Source: a virus (Duplodnaviria; Caudoviricetes). From it: DNA of 64,000 nt. A program made the position numbers and the translations under genes. Below are positions 1 through 9,221 of the stretch, piece after piece; the stretch's first letter is position 1; the number at the start of each line of letters is the position of its first letter. The notes under the pieces were generated by a model. It did no database searches and was not told the DNA's origin. It was given only the letters and a program-made list of their open reading frames with translations. The DNA lies in the IMG/VR virus record IMGVR_UViG_3300031998_000044, positions 26,712 through 90,711 of that record. The stretch is one strand, 5' to 3'.

Positions 1-1
1 A

Positions 2-463
2 AATGACCAAACATTAAGAGAAATGTTATATAATTTATTTATGAAAATGTCGTATGACTACAATATGGAAATAAGACACGAATGGAGCGAAATATTAAAT
101 AGAACAATTTTTATTAAAAAATGGACGAATAATATTGAGTGTTATATATCAGTAGGAGTAAAAGCAAAGCATCCAAAAGTTGGAGAATTAGATGTTGTAG
201 AAACAATCAGTATAAAAGAAAGAGATGGTAAAATATATGTAGATAATATTTACAAAGGACAAAGATATGATAACGGAGTATCATTTGGAATAAAATGGAT
301 TGATAATGTTGAAGAAATATTGAAAGAAAACGGAGAAAAAATTAAGAAAATTCTGATAGATAATGATTTAAGAATAGAAGAAGACGAAATTGGACATTTT
401 ATTGTATTAAACGGAACTAACAAAATCTACAGAATCGATGGAAAAGAAATACAGAAAAGTTAA
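2..463 (+). CDS. Hypothetical protein, 5'-partial
   Basis: The frame stays open from the window edge (NDQTLREMLYNLF...), so the ORF-track start at 23 is probably internal. No recognised motif. Confidence 0.6.
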   Translation, partial: NDQTLREMLYNLFMKMSYDYNMEIRHEWSEILNRTIFIKKWTNNIECYISVGVKAKHPKVGELDVVETISIKERDGKIYVDNIYKGQRYDNGVSFGIKWIDNVEEILKENGEKIKKILIDNDLRIEEDEIGHFIVLNGTNKIYRIDGKEIQKS

Positions 464-1085
464 TTATTATTACAACTCAGAAATCCTCGATAAGTTCAAA
501 GCTATCGGGGATAAACTGATAGGAGAGTTTGTTATAGACAAGTACAACAAATTTGTGATTGAGAATATTATTCGTTATTATTTCGGAGAAGAATTTTTAT
601 GTAATATTATTGATAGCAAAGAAAAGAAAGAAGGAAAATTGAATAAAGGACTGTTTATCGCAGGAGAGTGCGGAACAGGCAAAACTACTTTGATGAGAAT
701 CTTTAAGAAGTTTTGTAAAGAATATAATCAAATATTTTATATTAACGACAAGCCTGTGTATCCTAACTGGGTAAGTTACAACGCACAGGAACTCTGTAAT
801 ATCTATCGAAATGGCGGAAATATTGAATCCCTGTACAACGCTCCGATAATCTCCATAGATGATTTCGGTACTGAACCTGAAAGTTCACAATACATGGGAA
901 ACAAGATTGACGTATTAAGGGAGATATTAGAAGTGAGGTCTGACAAGAACGTTATTACGTTCATAACATCAAATCTAACTCCCGATGATTGTATTACAGA
1001 AAGAAAGTATGGAGAACGATTAGTAAGCAGATTAAAAGAGTATAATTATTTCGCATTAAGAGGAGACGATAGGCGAGAATCATAA
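438..1085 (+). CDS. DnaC/IstB-like AAA+ ATPase (putative helicase loader)
   Basis: Walker A GECGTGKT, Walker B ISIDDFG, C-terminal ITSNL and RLVSRLKE motifs typical of DnaC/IstB-like loaders of Bacteroidota phages. Confidence 0.75.
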   Translation: MEKKYRKVNYYYNSEILDKFKAIGDKLIGEFVIDKYNKFVIENIIRYYFGEEFLCNIIDSKEKKEGKLNKGLFIAGECGTGKTTLMRIFKKFCKEYNQIFYINDKPVYPNWVSYNAQELCNIYRNGGNIESLYNAPIISIDDFGTEPESSQYMGNKIDVLREILEVRSDKNVITFITSNLTPDDCITERKYGERLVSRLKEYNYFALRGDDRRES

Positions 1086-1127
1086 ATATTTAGTATAATT
1101 TTTTAAACAACTCTCTATTTTTTACGG

Positions 1128-1161
1128 ATGCGGTCTGATGTGAATCACACCGCATTTTTTA
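1128..1161 (+). terminator. Intrinsic terminator
   Basis: Stem ATGCGGT/ACCGCAT with inner TGAT-GTGA-ATCA hairpin, followed by T6. Confidence 0.75.
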
Positions 1162-1192
1162 AAATTAAAACAAAGTAAAAATAATAAACTAT

Positions 1193-1900
1193 ATGAAAAA
1201 CAACAAAAAAAGTCCGATGACCTCATTTGAGGAGTTGGCACAAAACTACGAAGGTTTTGATTATCAAGATGCTCTTAAAAGAAAAGAACTCGAAGATTAT
1301 AAAAGGTCTTACAAAGACAAAGAAGAGTACGAAACTTTTAAAGCAAAAATAAAGAGAATTGATGAAGCAAGAAGAGAGTATTATAAGTGGAAAAACAGAA
1401 GTCAATATATTGAAAACATTTCAAACATTTACGAACTCAGGCTCAAAATAAAAGAAATATTTAAGAAATATGCAGATAAAAAATATAAATTATCTAAAAG
1501 AGAAGAACAAGAGTTCGATTGTACTTGCTTTTTCAATAGCATAGAACGACCCAAAAATTTCCTCGACATTAAAAACGAAGTAAAAGTAGGATTGATTGCA
1601 GCAGAACAAGAACTCAAGGAAGAAATTGAAAAAGCAAATATTAGAGAATATTCAGCAGCAATCAGAATCTTCAAGAAACTTAATAAAGCAAACATAGATG
1701 ATGAAATTCAAAGCATTTCGAGTTATGCACGTGCAGCAAGTACAAAAGAAGAATACAAATATGCTAAAATAGCAGCACGACTTGAAATTGCCTTTGAAAA
1801 CTACGCATTTAAGCACGTAGTAAGTGAAAACTACGAAAATCGGATTAATTGGCTGAATTACAATCAGCACAAGTACGAAAAAGAAATTAAATACATTTAA
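1193..1900 (+). CDS. Hypothetical charged, coiled-coil-rich protein
   Basis: 235-aa ORF with an A-rich initiation region; its 3' end is duplicated at 2268-2406. Confidence 0.6.
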   Translation: MKNNKKSPMTSFEELAQNYEGFDYQDALKRKELEDYKRSYKDKEEYETFKAKIKRIDEARREYYKWKNRSQYIENISNIYELRLKIKEIFKKYADKKYKLSKREEQEFDCTCFFNSIERPKNFLDIKNEVKVGLIAAEQELKEEIEKANIREYSAAIRIFKKLNKANIDDEIQSISSYARAASTKEEYKYAKIAARLEIAFENYAFKHVVSENYENRINWLNYNQHKYEKEIKYI

Positions 1901-1921
1901 ACAATAAACAAAATAATATGG
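1783..1921 (+). repeat. 139-bp direct repeat, copy 1
   Basis: Matches 2268-2406 with 3 mismatches; covers the last codons of ORF 1193-1900, the intergenic region and ATGG. Confidence 0.95.
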
Positions 1922-2247
1922 CTTGGAGTAGTGCAGATTTTAATTTTGATGGCTATATTTATGTTTATAAGACTAAGGAAAGCACTAAATCATTTTACCA
2001 ATGCGAGTGCTTAGGAGATTTAGCCTACAAAATAACTTACGAAATATACCAGAAAACAAAAAAGTACAATAATGTGGATAAAACTAAATTTCTTCCACAA
2101 GAAGAAAAAGTACTAGAACAATACGCCAATTGTATTTGCAGAGGGAAAGGAACAAAGGGAAAAACTGTAAAAGAGTTATGCCCAGAGTTATTTACCAAAG
2201 AAGACTATCTAAAATGTGTAGCAATGTACAAAAGAAAGTATTGGTAA
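1918..2247 (+). CDS. Hypothetical protein bracketed by the 139-bp repeats
   Basis: 109-aa ORF starting within repeat copy 1 and ending just before copy 2. Confidence 0.65.
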   Translation: MAWSSADFNFDGYIYVYKTKESTKSFYQCECLGDLAYKITYEIYQKTKKYNNVDKTKFLPQEEKVLEQYANCICRGKGTKGKTVKELCPELFTKEDYLKCVAMYKRKYW

Positions 2248-2267
2248 AAAGGTCATCCCCTCAGACC

Positions 2268-2406
2268 TGAAATTGCCTTTGAAAACTACACATTTAAGCA
2301 CGTAGTAAGTGAAAACTACGAAAATCGGATTAATTGGCTGAATTACAATCAGCACAAGTACGAAAAAGAAATTAAATACATTTAAACAATAAAAACAATA
2401 ATATGG
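2268..2406 (+). repeat. 139-bp direct repeat, copy 2
   Basis: Copy of 1783-1921; supplies the start of the DUF932-like gene. Confidence 0.95.
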
Positions 2407-3374
2407 AAGAAAATAAAATTATGAGTACAACAGAACTCGATTGGACATCAAACAAAGTAAACGTCCTAAATATGGAAATGCTTCGTCAGACACGTCATCC
2501 GAAAAATGGCGCAGGAGAGCCATTAGGCGGAATATATCACACTGATTTCATCGACGCAGTGCTTGAAAGAGCAAACAATCACGGTCTTAATATCGGTATT
2601 TGGGAAATTTTTGCAGCAGAAAGCGGAAACAGAAATCTACCAGGAGTAATCAGAGATGATGATTTGGAAAAAATATACGGCATAAACAACATTAAGGCAC
2701 AACAACTGAACCGAATATACGTAAATGCACGTATTACCAACTACGATGATGACAATTATACGACTAACATTGCAATCGCATATCACCAAAAAGGCATTCA
2801 GGTTGCAGTTGGCTCAAACGTCAAGATTTGCCACAACCAAATGGTATTAGGCACAAAGGACTTCTATACAGCGACATACTCCGACCGTGGAACAGGAAAG
2901 GTATCACGTAAGGATAGTCCTGACCCAAGAAAAGTAATCGACTTAGTAGACGGTTATTTCGATAAAATCGGTGACAGAGTGTACGAGCAACGCAAACTTA
3001 TCGAGAAAATGAAAGAAGTAGAATTGACAACAGAGCAAATCTATATTTTCATCGGAATGTTGCAGTGTATGCGTGTTGCTATTGACACAAAGCAAGAAAG
3101 AATCCGTCAACAGGGCGTATATCCTTTGGGTAACGGAGAAATCAATAAGTTTACAGAAGAAATTATGCTTCGTAAATACGACAATAAGGTAGTTACATTG
3201 TGGGATATGTATGATGCAAGTACTAATCTCTACAAGGCTAAATCAATGGAAATCCCGAATATTTTGCCGCAAAGTTACGCAATGGCAGAATTCATCGAGA
3301 ATTGGGAAATAAAACCTGATACGAAATCGTATATCATCGAAGCACCAAGACCGTTGCAAATCGAAACATTGTAG
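2403..3374 (+). CDS. DUF932/DUF945-like protein
   Basis: HQKGIQVAVGSNVKICHNQMVLG and LWDMYDASTNLYK segments resemble Bacteroidota DUF932-family proteins (recalled, not searched). Confidence 0.6.
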   Translation: MEENKIMSTTELDWTSNKVNVLNMEMLRQTRHPKNGAGEPLGGIYHTDFIDAVLERANNHGLNIGIWEIFAAESGNRNLPGVIRDDDLEKIYGINNIKAQQLNRIYVNARITNYDDDNYTTNIAIAYHQKGIQVAVGSNVKICHNQMVLGTKDFYTATYSDRGTGKVSRKDSPDPRKVIDLVDGYFDKIGDRVYEQRKLIEKMKEVELTTEQIYIFIGMLQCMRVAIDTKQERIRQQGVYPLGNGEINKFTEEIMLRKYDNKVVTLWDMYDASTNLYKAKSMEIPNILPQSYAMAEFIENWEIKPDTKSYIIEAPRPLQIETL

Positions 3375-3416
3375 TTGTTTATTTATAGTTTGTTAATTAA
3401 TTAAATTAATTGTTAG

Positions 3417-3448
3417 GGAACGTAGTATTCGTACTGCGTTCCTTTTTT
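3417..3448 (+). terminator. Intrinsic terminator
   Basis: GGAACGTAGTA-TTCG-TACTGCGTTCC stem with UUCG loop followed by T6. Confidence 0.85.
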
Positions 3449-3477
3449 ATTGTCAAACCATTTAAAATTTTACTATT

Positions 3478-3789
3478 ATGAGAAACTTAGTTAAAACATT
3501 GCTACTTGCAATAATCATTATCAGCACAAACGTTGCATCTGCAACAAATCCTGTTACTCCTACAGAAGAACAAAAGGAGTTCAACAAAGCACAGTTCCTA
3601 ATCTTCTTAGACGAGGAAAACGCCAAATACATAGACGAATACCTCTTTATCATCGACCATTCTTGGTACGAAGTATCAGAGGATTCATTTTACGCATTCT
3701 GCGAGAATTACTGTATTTGTAAACAAGCAATCGACGAATATAACGCAGGTAACAAAAACGTAGACTTTGACTGCGTATTTGACTACTAA
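3478..3789 (+). CDS. Small exported protein with Sec-type signal peptide
   Basis: N-terminus MRNLVKTLLLAIIIISTNVASA (basic, hydrophobic, AxA site), acidic mature part. Confidence 0.6.
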   Translation: MRNLVKTLLLAIIIISTNVASATNPVTPTEEQKEFNKAQFLIFLDEENAKYIDEYLFIIDHSWYEVSEDSFYAFCENYCICKQAIDEYNAGNKNVDFDCVFDY

Positions 3790-3905
3790 ATAAATATTTT
3801 TGAAAGCAATATTGCATAATTAATGACGTCGGGCTTAATATTTCGGTTAACCCTTTGAGAATGCGCCCCCCGATGAGAATCGGTAAATGTGAAAGAGGTT
3901 AAACA

Positions 3906-3964
3906 AAAAATGAGCCAAAATGATATGTTCGCATTTAGCGATGAGAATCTATTGGCTCATTTTT
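3906..3964 (+). terminator. Long hairpin, probable (bidirectional) terminator
   Basis: 13-bp stem AAAAATGAGCCAA/TTGGCTCATTTTT with A-tract before and T-tract after. Confidence 0.65.
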
Positions 3965-3982
3965 ATTTTATAAATACATTTG
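3951..3982 (+). promoter_or_regulatory. Putative Bacteroidota sigma-A promoter
   Basis: ATTG, 20-nt spacer, TACATTTG (-33 TTTG / -7 TAnnTTTG consensus), upstream of ATG 4007. Confidence 0.5.
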
Positions 3983-4006
3983 TCTAACAACAAAAATAAC
4001 AGAATT

Positions 4007-5177
4007 ATGGAGAAAAAAATACAAGACTTGGAATGGTATCAATCATTCCGTTACAATGGTTATAGCTACTTTATTAAGCCTAACCAACAGAGAATTAACT
4101 ACACGCTCTGTGTCAAGAAACAAGGTGGAGAAATAAAAGAATTTAAAAACGACACAATTGTAATAATCTAAATATAAAAACAATGATAAAAGAGATAGAA
4201 TTATACTGCGTATTTGAGAAGTCAAACAGTGATGAAAGGCTAATTGACGCATTTCGTAAAAAAGAAGATGCAGAAAAACGATTGATAAAGGAAGATAGCG
4301 AATATTTAGCATGGCTACAATCACACGACAAAGGCTTGAACGATAGATGGTGTAAAAATCTTCATTATGAATACTATATGAAAAAATCACCTGTACAAAT
4401 ATACGTAGATGAAGAACCAGAAAAACATCCTACAATTGCAGAAAAAATAGCTGCTTTGCTTTTATATTGTGGCTATGACGATATACCTTATCTGTTCAAA
4501 GATATGGACTTCAAATATATCAGTCAAGCATACGTCTATTTGCAATCAGATGAACTGCCAATAGATTCAAATACTTTGATTACAAGTGCATTAAATATGA
4601 TTGCATACGAAGTATTTGGAAGTTGGGATTACATAGACGTAGATGCGAACAATTCAGCAACAAGAGTTAAACTTATCAAAAACACAAGTAAAAAGAAAAT
4701 AAAGGAGTTTGAAGAAAAATCAGGCTTTCCAATGTACTAAAAAATTATAAGGAGATTTAACTATGAAAGAAAATAATTGGGCAGTTATCTGCATCGAAGA
4801 AAACGGAGAACAGTGGGTATTTGATACCTACAAAACTCCATCAAAGGCACAAGCAGCCTGTAAACGCTTAAACAAAAATGCCGAAGGAGAATCATACAAA
4901 ATAGGCTATGTCGGATTATAAATAAAAAATAAATGCTATGAGATATGTACTACATTATTTAAACATAAATAAAAACTACACAATTAAAGACCAGTGTAGA
5001 GATGATTATCACAGCAGTTGGCAAAAAATGGAGTGTAAAACATTAAAAGAAGCAAAAGAATATGCCGCACTTGTAGAACGTTATTATATAATTGATAACA
5101 TCACTTTAAAAGTAGTTGCTATATCAGAAGGATTAAACGCAACAAATTTTATTGACAAATTAAGGAAGATTAAATGA
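4007..5177 (+). CDS. Run of small hypothetical genes (4007-4171, 4183-4740, 4763-4921, 4938-5177)
   Basis: Tightly packed co-oriented ORFs with A-rich initiation regions; no motifs recognised. Confidence 0.55.
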
Positions 5178-5434
5178 ACGCAAAGCAAATTCAAAACCAA
5201 TACAAGTCAATCAAGGAGAATTATCCTAATATGATATTGCTATTCAACGTAGGCAGTAACTACATTGCACTTCGAGATGATGCCAATGTTGTTGCCAAGG
5301 TATGTGGAATAGAGAAAATAAATACTATTGTAAAATTTAATTGTAACAAACTTGATGACTATTTGTTCAAACTTGTACGGTCTGGACATAAAATAGGAGT
5401 TTGTGAAGAATTACCAAAACCAAATGACAAATAA
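5174..5434 (+). CDS. Stand-alone MutS domain I-like protein, copy 1
   Basis: QYKSIKENYPNMILLFNVG...DDANVVAKVCGI...LDDYLFKLVRSGHKIGVCEE follows the MutS_I pattern (YxxIKxxYPDxILxFRxGDFYE...DAxxxAxxLGI...YLxKLVxxGxxVAICEQ). Confidence 0.8.
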   Translation: MNAKQIQNQYKSIKENYPNMILLFNVGSNYIALRDDANVVAKVCGIEKINTIVKFNCNKLDDYLFKLVRSGHKIGVCEELPKPNDK

Positions 5435-5791
5435 AAAAAATGAGAAAATCAAAAACAGAAAGGTCTTGTGCCGGTTGCAAAAAACATTTTGACAAACACG
5501 GTCACCCTTGTCCCAATGTATATAAGGAAGGATTTAACCCTTGTGAAAAGTTTGAATGGAATGCAACATACAAGTCGTTTAATATACGCAAAGGAAAGAA
5601 AAAATGATAAGTTTTTTTAACAAAGAAGGATAAACAATTTTAAATATAAACGCTATGGGAACATTTACAGAACAAGATTACGCTGATTGGGAAGCAAGAA
5701 ACCAAGAGCGTGATGACGAATGGGTAGAGCAAATGCTTGCTTACTATGAAAATAAACAAGAAAGCGGAGTACCGTTAATGTGTATATAGTC

Positions 5792-5843
5792 CTTACGTTT
5801 TTTGTAAGTTATAGTTATTTCAGAAGAAATATGAATAATTTTG
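5792..5843 (+). promoter_or_regulatory. Palindrome-plus-(-7) promoter A
   Basis: CTTACG-TTTTT-TGTAAG (5792-5808), 27-nt spacer, TAATTTTG (5836-5843). Confidence 0.7.
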
Positions 5844-5863
5844 GAAAACTAAAATTTACAAAA

Positions 5864-6334
5864 ATGAGAATAGTAAATCAAAAATCAAACCACGATGCTT
5901 ATGTAGAAGCTGAAAAAACAGCATACGATACGTTTACAACTTGGTTAAAAGAGAATATCAACGAACAAGTGAAATCAAAATGTAAGATAATACAGTCTTG
6001 GCTACTCGAATTTTTCAAACTAAACAAAAAGCCTACTTTTAGCCAAGTTCAAACGTATTGCAATAATCTTAAATCACAATATCTTCCAAATTCATCGTAT
6101 GAAGATATGAATATCGTTATAACAAAAGTAAATTCTCTTGATAATGACAAAACGTTCTATTTCGATATTTTTATTGACTTTAACGGCATATATCAAAGGC
6201 AGTTGATACAAAGTAACTGTATGCCTAATAAAGACGGTAAACCGATTATTTTGGACATAGAAATTACTGACGATGAATTAGATGAACGTATCAAGCAACA
6301 AGCGATAATTGACGGTGAATTTGAAGAAATATAA
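5864..6334 (+). CDS. Hypothetical protein
   Basis: ORF track 5780-6334; start moved to ATG 5864 (MRIVNQK) because it lies downstream of promoter A. Confidence 0.6.
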   Translation: MRIVNQKSNHDAYVEAEKTAYDTFTTWLKENINEQVKSKCKIIQSWLLEFFKLNKKPTFSQVQTYCNNLKSQYLPNSSYEDMNIVITKVNSLDNDKTFYFDIFIDFNGIYQRQLIQSNCMPNKDGKPIILDIEITDDELDERIKQQAIIDGEFEEI

Positions 6335-6642
6335 TGAAGGATTACACACTTTATCTCAAATTAATATCACAAGAAATTGGTGAAGAAATCGTTCCCGAAT
6401 TCAAGTTCCATCCGACAAGAAAATGGCGGTTCGATTATGCAATTCCTTCAAGGAAAATTGCTATCGAAATCGAGGGTGGACTTTGGATTTCGGGCAGACA
6501 TAATCGCCCTTTTACAATGATAAAAGACTTTGAAAAGTACAACGAAGCCGCTAAACTTGGTTGGCGATTGTTAAAGTATACACCTCAACAGATTGCTAAT
6601 GTTAGCGAAATAAGCAAATTTTTAAAAGAAATGATAAAATAA
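6334..6642 (+). CDS. PD-(D/E)XK endonuclease (Vsr/DUF559-like phage nuclease)
   Basis: PEFKFHPTRKWRFDYA...IAIEIEGG...GRH...KYNEAAKLGWRLLKYT. Confidence 0.75.
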   Translation: MKDYTLYLKLISQEIGEEIVPEFKFHPTRKWRFDYAIPSRKIAIEIEGGLWISGRHNRPFTMIKDFEKYNEAAKLGWRLLKYTPQQIANVSEISKFLKEMIK

Positions 6643-6647
6643 ACACT

Positions 6648-7817
6648 ATGGAAAAGTTATATGTTTGTATGGATAAAAGTGGTAGTGTCCATATATCTAA
6701 TACTAAGCCAATTAAACCACAAAAAACAAAGAAAAATCCCGATGCAAATGACGAAATATTCATTCCATCTGATTACGGATATTCACAAAGCAGACAACCA
6801 AAATTTTTCATTGCATTATACGGTCAAATTCGACAAAAATTAATTGACCAAGGACTTACATTTGAGAATAGTCCAATGGAAGTTGAACTGACAATAAAAT
6901 AATAAATATGTATAAAGGAAAAATTACGTGCATCGGATGCGGAAAAACAGGCGAAGAAGCACCTCGTAAATCAAAAGATTGTTTGTGTGATGATTGCGAA
7001 AACTCTCTTAAAATTGGAAGAGCAATTGTCAAAGAGAGAAATCTTGAAAGCAAAAGTTACTGTCTTGATGAGTTTAAGATTGGAAGTTTTAAATGGAACA
7101 CCTACACAGATGATATAGAAAACGCATTGATTAACCTTTTGAACTCCTTCTCTCAGTTCAAAGAAACAAATAAAATTTGGGGATTCAGAGAATCCTTATA
7201 TTACAATAAATTACTTTCATCATATGGAGCATCACACGAGGTTATTCTACCAGTAGAAACATTCGAAGCTGCAAAAAGACTCTGTGAAACACTTAAAAAA
7301 GCCAATGACGAATTAAAAGAAAAACGTCAAACATACAAGGAAGAAGTTTTTAAAGAACTTATTGCAGAAAAGCATAAATTATATAAAGAAATTGCTGATG
7401 AAAAGAATAAAATCTACAACGATGGAGTTCATTATGGACGAAATTTGTTGGTCCAATTGAACAATGGAGAAATTGCCCCAAATGAGATATTGAAAGATGT
7501 TAAACCTTTTTAAAAAAGATTCTATATACCTCGATGATTACGCTGAGGATATGTTAAATAATAAAGAAACAAACAAAATATTAATTTACGTTAAATAATA
7601 GGAGATTAGTAAAATGGAAAAACACGACGTACCTACAAATATGATAATCAAAACCGATATTGGTGATATATTGGTACAAGAAGCAAAACCTAACGTACAC
7701 CGTTGCACAGACTGTGTTGGATTAAAAAATGCTCCAATATGTCATTTTTTAATCTGTCGAGCAGAAGAGAGGAAAGACGGCAAAAACGTAATTGTAATAC
7801 CTTATAAAGAAAAATAA
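6648..7817 (+). CDS. Hypothetical genes 6648-6902, 6908-7513 (N-terminal CxxC...CxxC zinc finger plus coiled coil), 7614-7817
   Basis: Contiguous ORFs; CIGCG and CDDC pairs in 6908-7513. Confidence 0.55.
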
Positions 7818-7818
7818 T

Positions 7819-8115
7819 ATGACAAACGAAAAATTAGTTTTAAGCATAGTGCCTGCCGACAACTTAACAGCGTACAATTGTGCGTTAGAAGTTGCAAGGA
7901 GAAAAGATGAGGAGTACAATATAAAGCCAATCTCCGAACTCGGTGGTTGGCACACAGAACCGCCGACAGAGGACGGCTGCTATCTCGCAGAAACATTCCG
8001 TATTCCATACAAGAATTGTCATTACATAGTCGCAGAGTACGACACAAACGCAAAATGTTGGTACGATGAAGCATACGAAAACGAAATTGAAATAAAAAGA
8101 TGGAAGAAAATCTAA
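7819..8115 (+). CDS. DUF551-like phage protein
   Basis: WHTEPPTEDGCYL...Y...W...IKRWKKI pattern. Confidence 0.5.
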   Translation: MTNEKLVLSIVPADNLTAYNCALEVARRKDEEYNIKPISELGGWHTEPPTEDGCYLAETFRIPYKNCHYIVAEYDTNAKCWYDEAYENEIEIKRWKKI

Positions 8116-8985
8116 CAATAGAACAAAAAGCCAACGCCCTGATTGGATGTGCCAAAGTCGGTGGTTGCAAAAGTCAAGATGTCAACTTCTGCAAAAAAGC
8201 ATACAAAGACGGCGGATATATGTGCAAAACCAAAAAGATGTTGCTTTTAATGGCTGACTTTGTTATCGACAAAGCCATTGATTGGCTGCGAGAAAACGCC
8301 ACCGACTACCTCGACAAGATTGAGGATTGTACTGGTGGTAACGAATGGGAATCTCAGACTTGGAGTTTCCCAGAGGAATTTTTCAGACGATTTAGAAACG
8401 AAATAAAAAATGGAAACAAAGAAAGAAACATCTCCTGAAACTGAATTATACATTTGGCAAGTAATCGGCGATAATCTCGGAATAAAAGAAGTCGGAGAGC
8501 AGATTACAAAAGGCGAGGAATACGCATTCAAGAATCCTATTGTCTTTAAAATTGCTGCTGAAATATGTAACTATATGAATGAGCAGTTAAACGAGAAAAT
8601 GAAGTTAATAAAGACTTTGACCGATGAAAACGAGAAAATAAAACAAGAACACAATAAATGGAAAAAGGAAGTAATTGATTGCACAGAATTAAATGAACTA
8701 TTAACAGCACAAGTAGTATGTAGAGACGAAGAAATCGAAAGATTAAGCAAACGTATTAAGGAGATATCAAAACAACTTTATTGCTCTGATAAAAATCAAG
8801 AAAAAGAACACGGAAAATTATTAAATCAAATTGCATTATTTAATCAGCAAGTTAAAAAACGTAAAAAAGCAGAAAATGAATTAAAAATAGCAAAAGAAGA
8901 AATAGCAAGATTAACAGAACGCATTAAGAATCTTGAAGCCGACCTCGAAGAAGGAGGTTTTAACGATGAAAGAAACTTTATTTAA
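8100..8985 (+). CDS. Two hypothetical genes (8100-8438; 8410-8985, long coiled coil)
   Basis: Overlapping co-oriented ORFs; heptad-rich sequence in the second. Confidence 0.55.
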
Positions 8986-9017
8986 CGAGAATTGTATGAA
9001 ACTTAAAACAGACGATA

Positions 9018-9221
9018 ATGCCAATAATGGTTAAATTTCTCATCATTTTATCAAGTATTATTTGTATCATCTTTGGAGTAATATGTATAATCGGAAGCCT
9101 ATTGTACATACTTAACAATCAGACGTACACATCATTATTTTTATTAATCGTAACATTTTTAGGCAGCGAATCCATTGACATAGGTTGTGAAACCATCAAA
9201 AAGATAACACGAAATCTATAA
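9018..9221 (+). CDS. Small two-helix membrane protein
   Basis: Two hydrophobic stretches; converges on and overlaps the integrase 3' end. Confidence 0.5.
   Translation: MPIMVKFLIILSSIICIIFGVICIIGSLLYILNNQTYTSLFLLIVTFLGSESIDIGCETIKKITRNL

Noticed and set aside
1783-2406. DGR template/variable repeat pair
   Set aside because: Only 3 differences, not consistently at adenines of one copy, and no reverse transcriptase in the window.
3860-3900. Hammerhead ribozyme (CCGATGAG...GAAA)
   Set aside because: The core CUGAUGA is not matched, and stem II cannot close with a G-C pair before GAAA.
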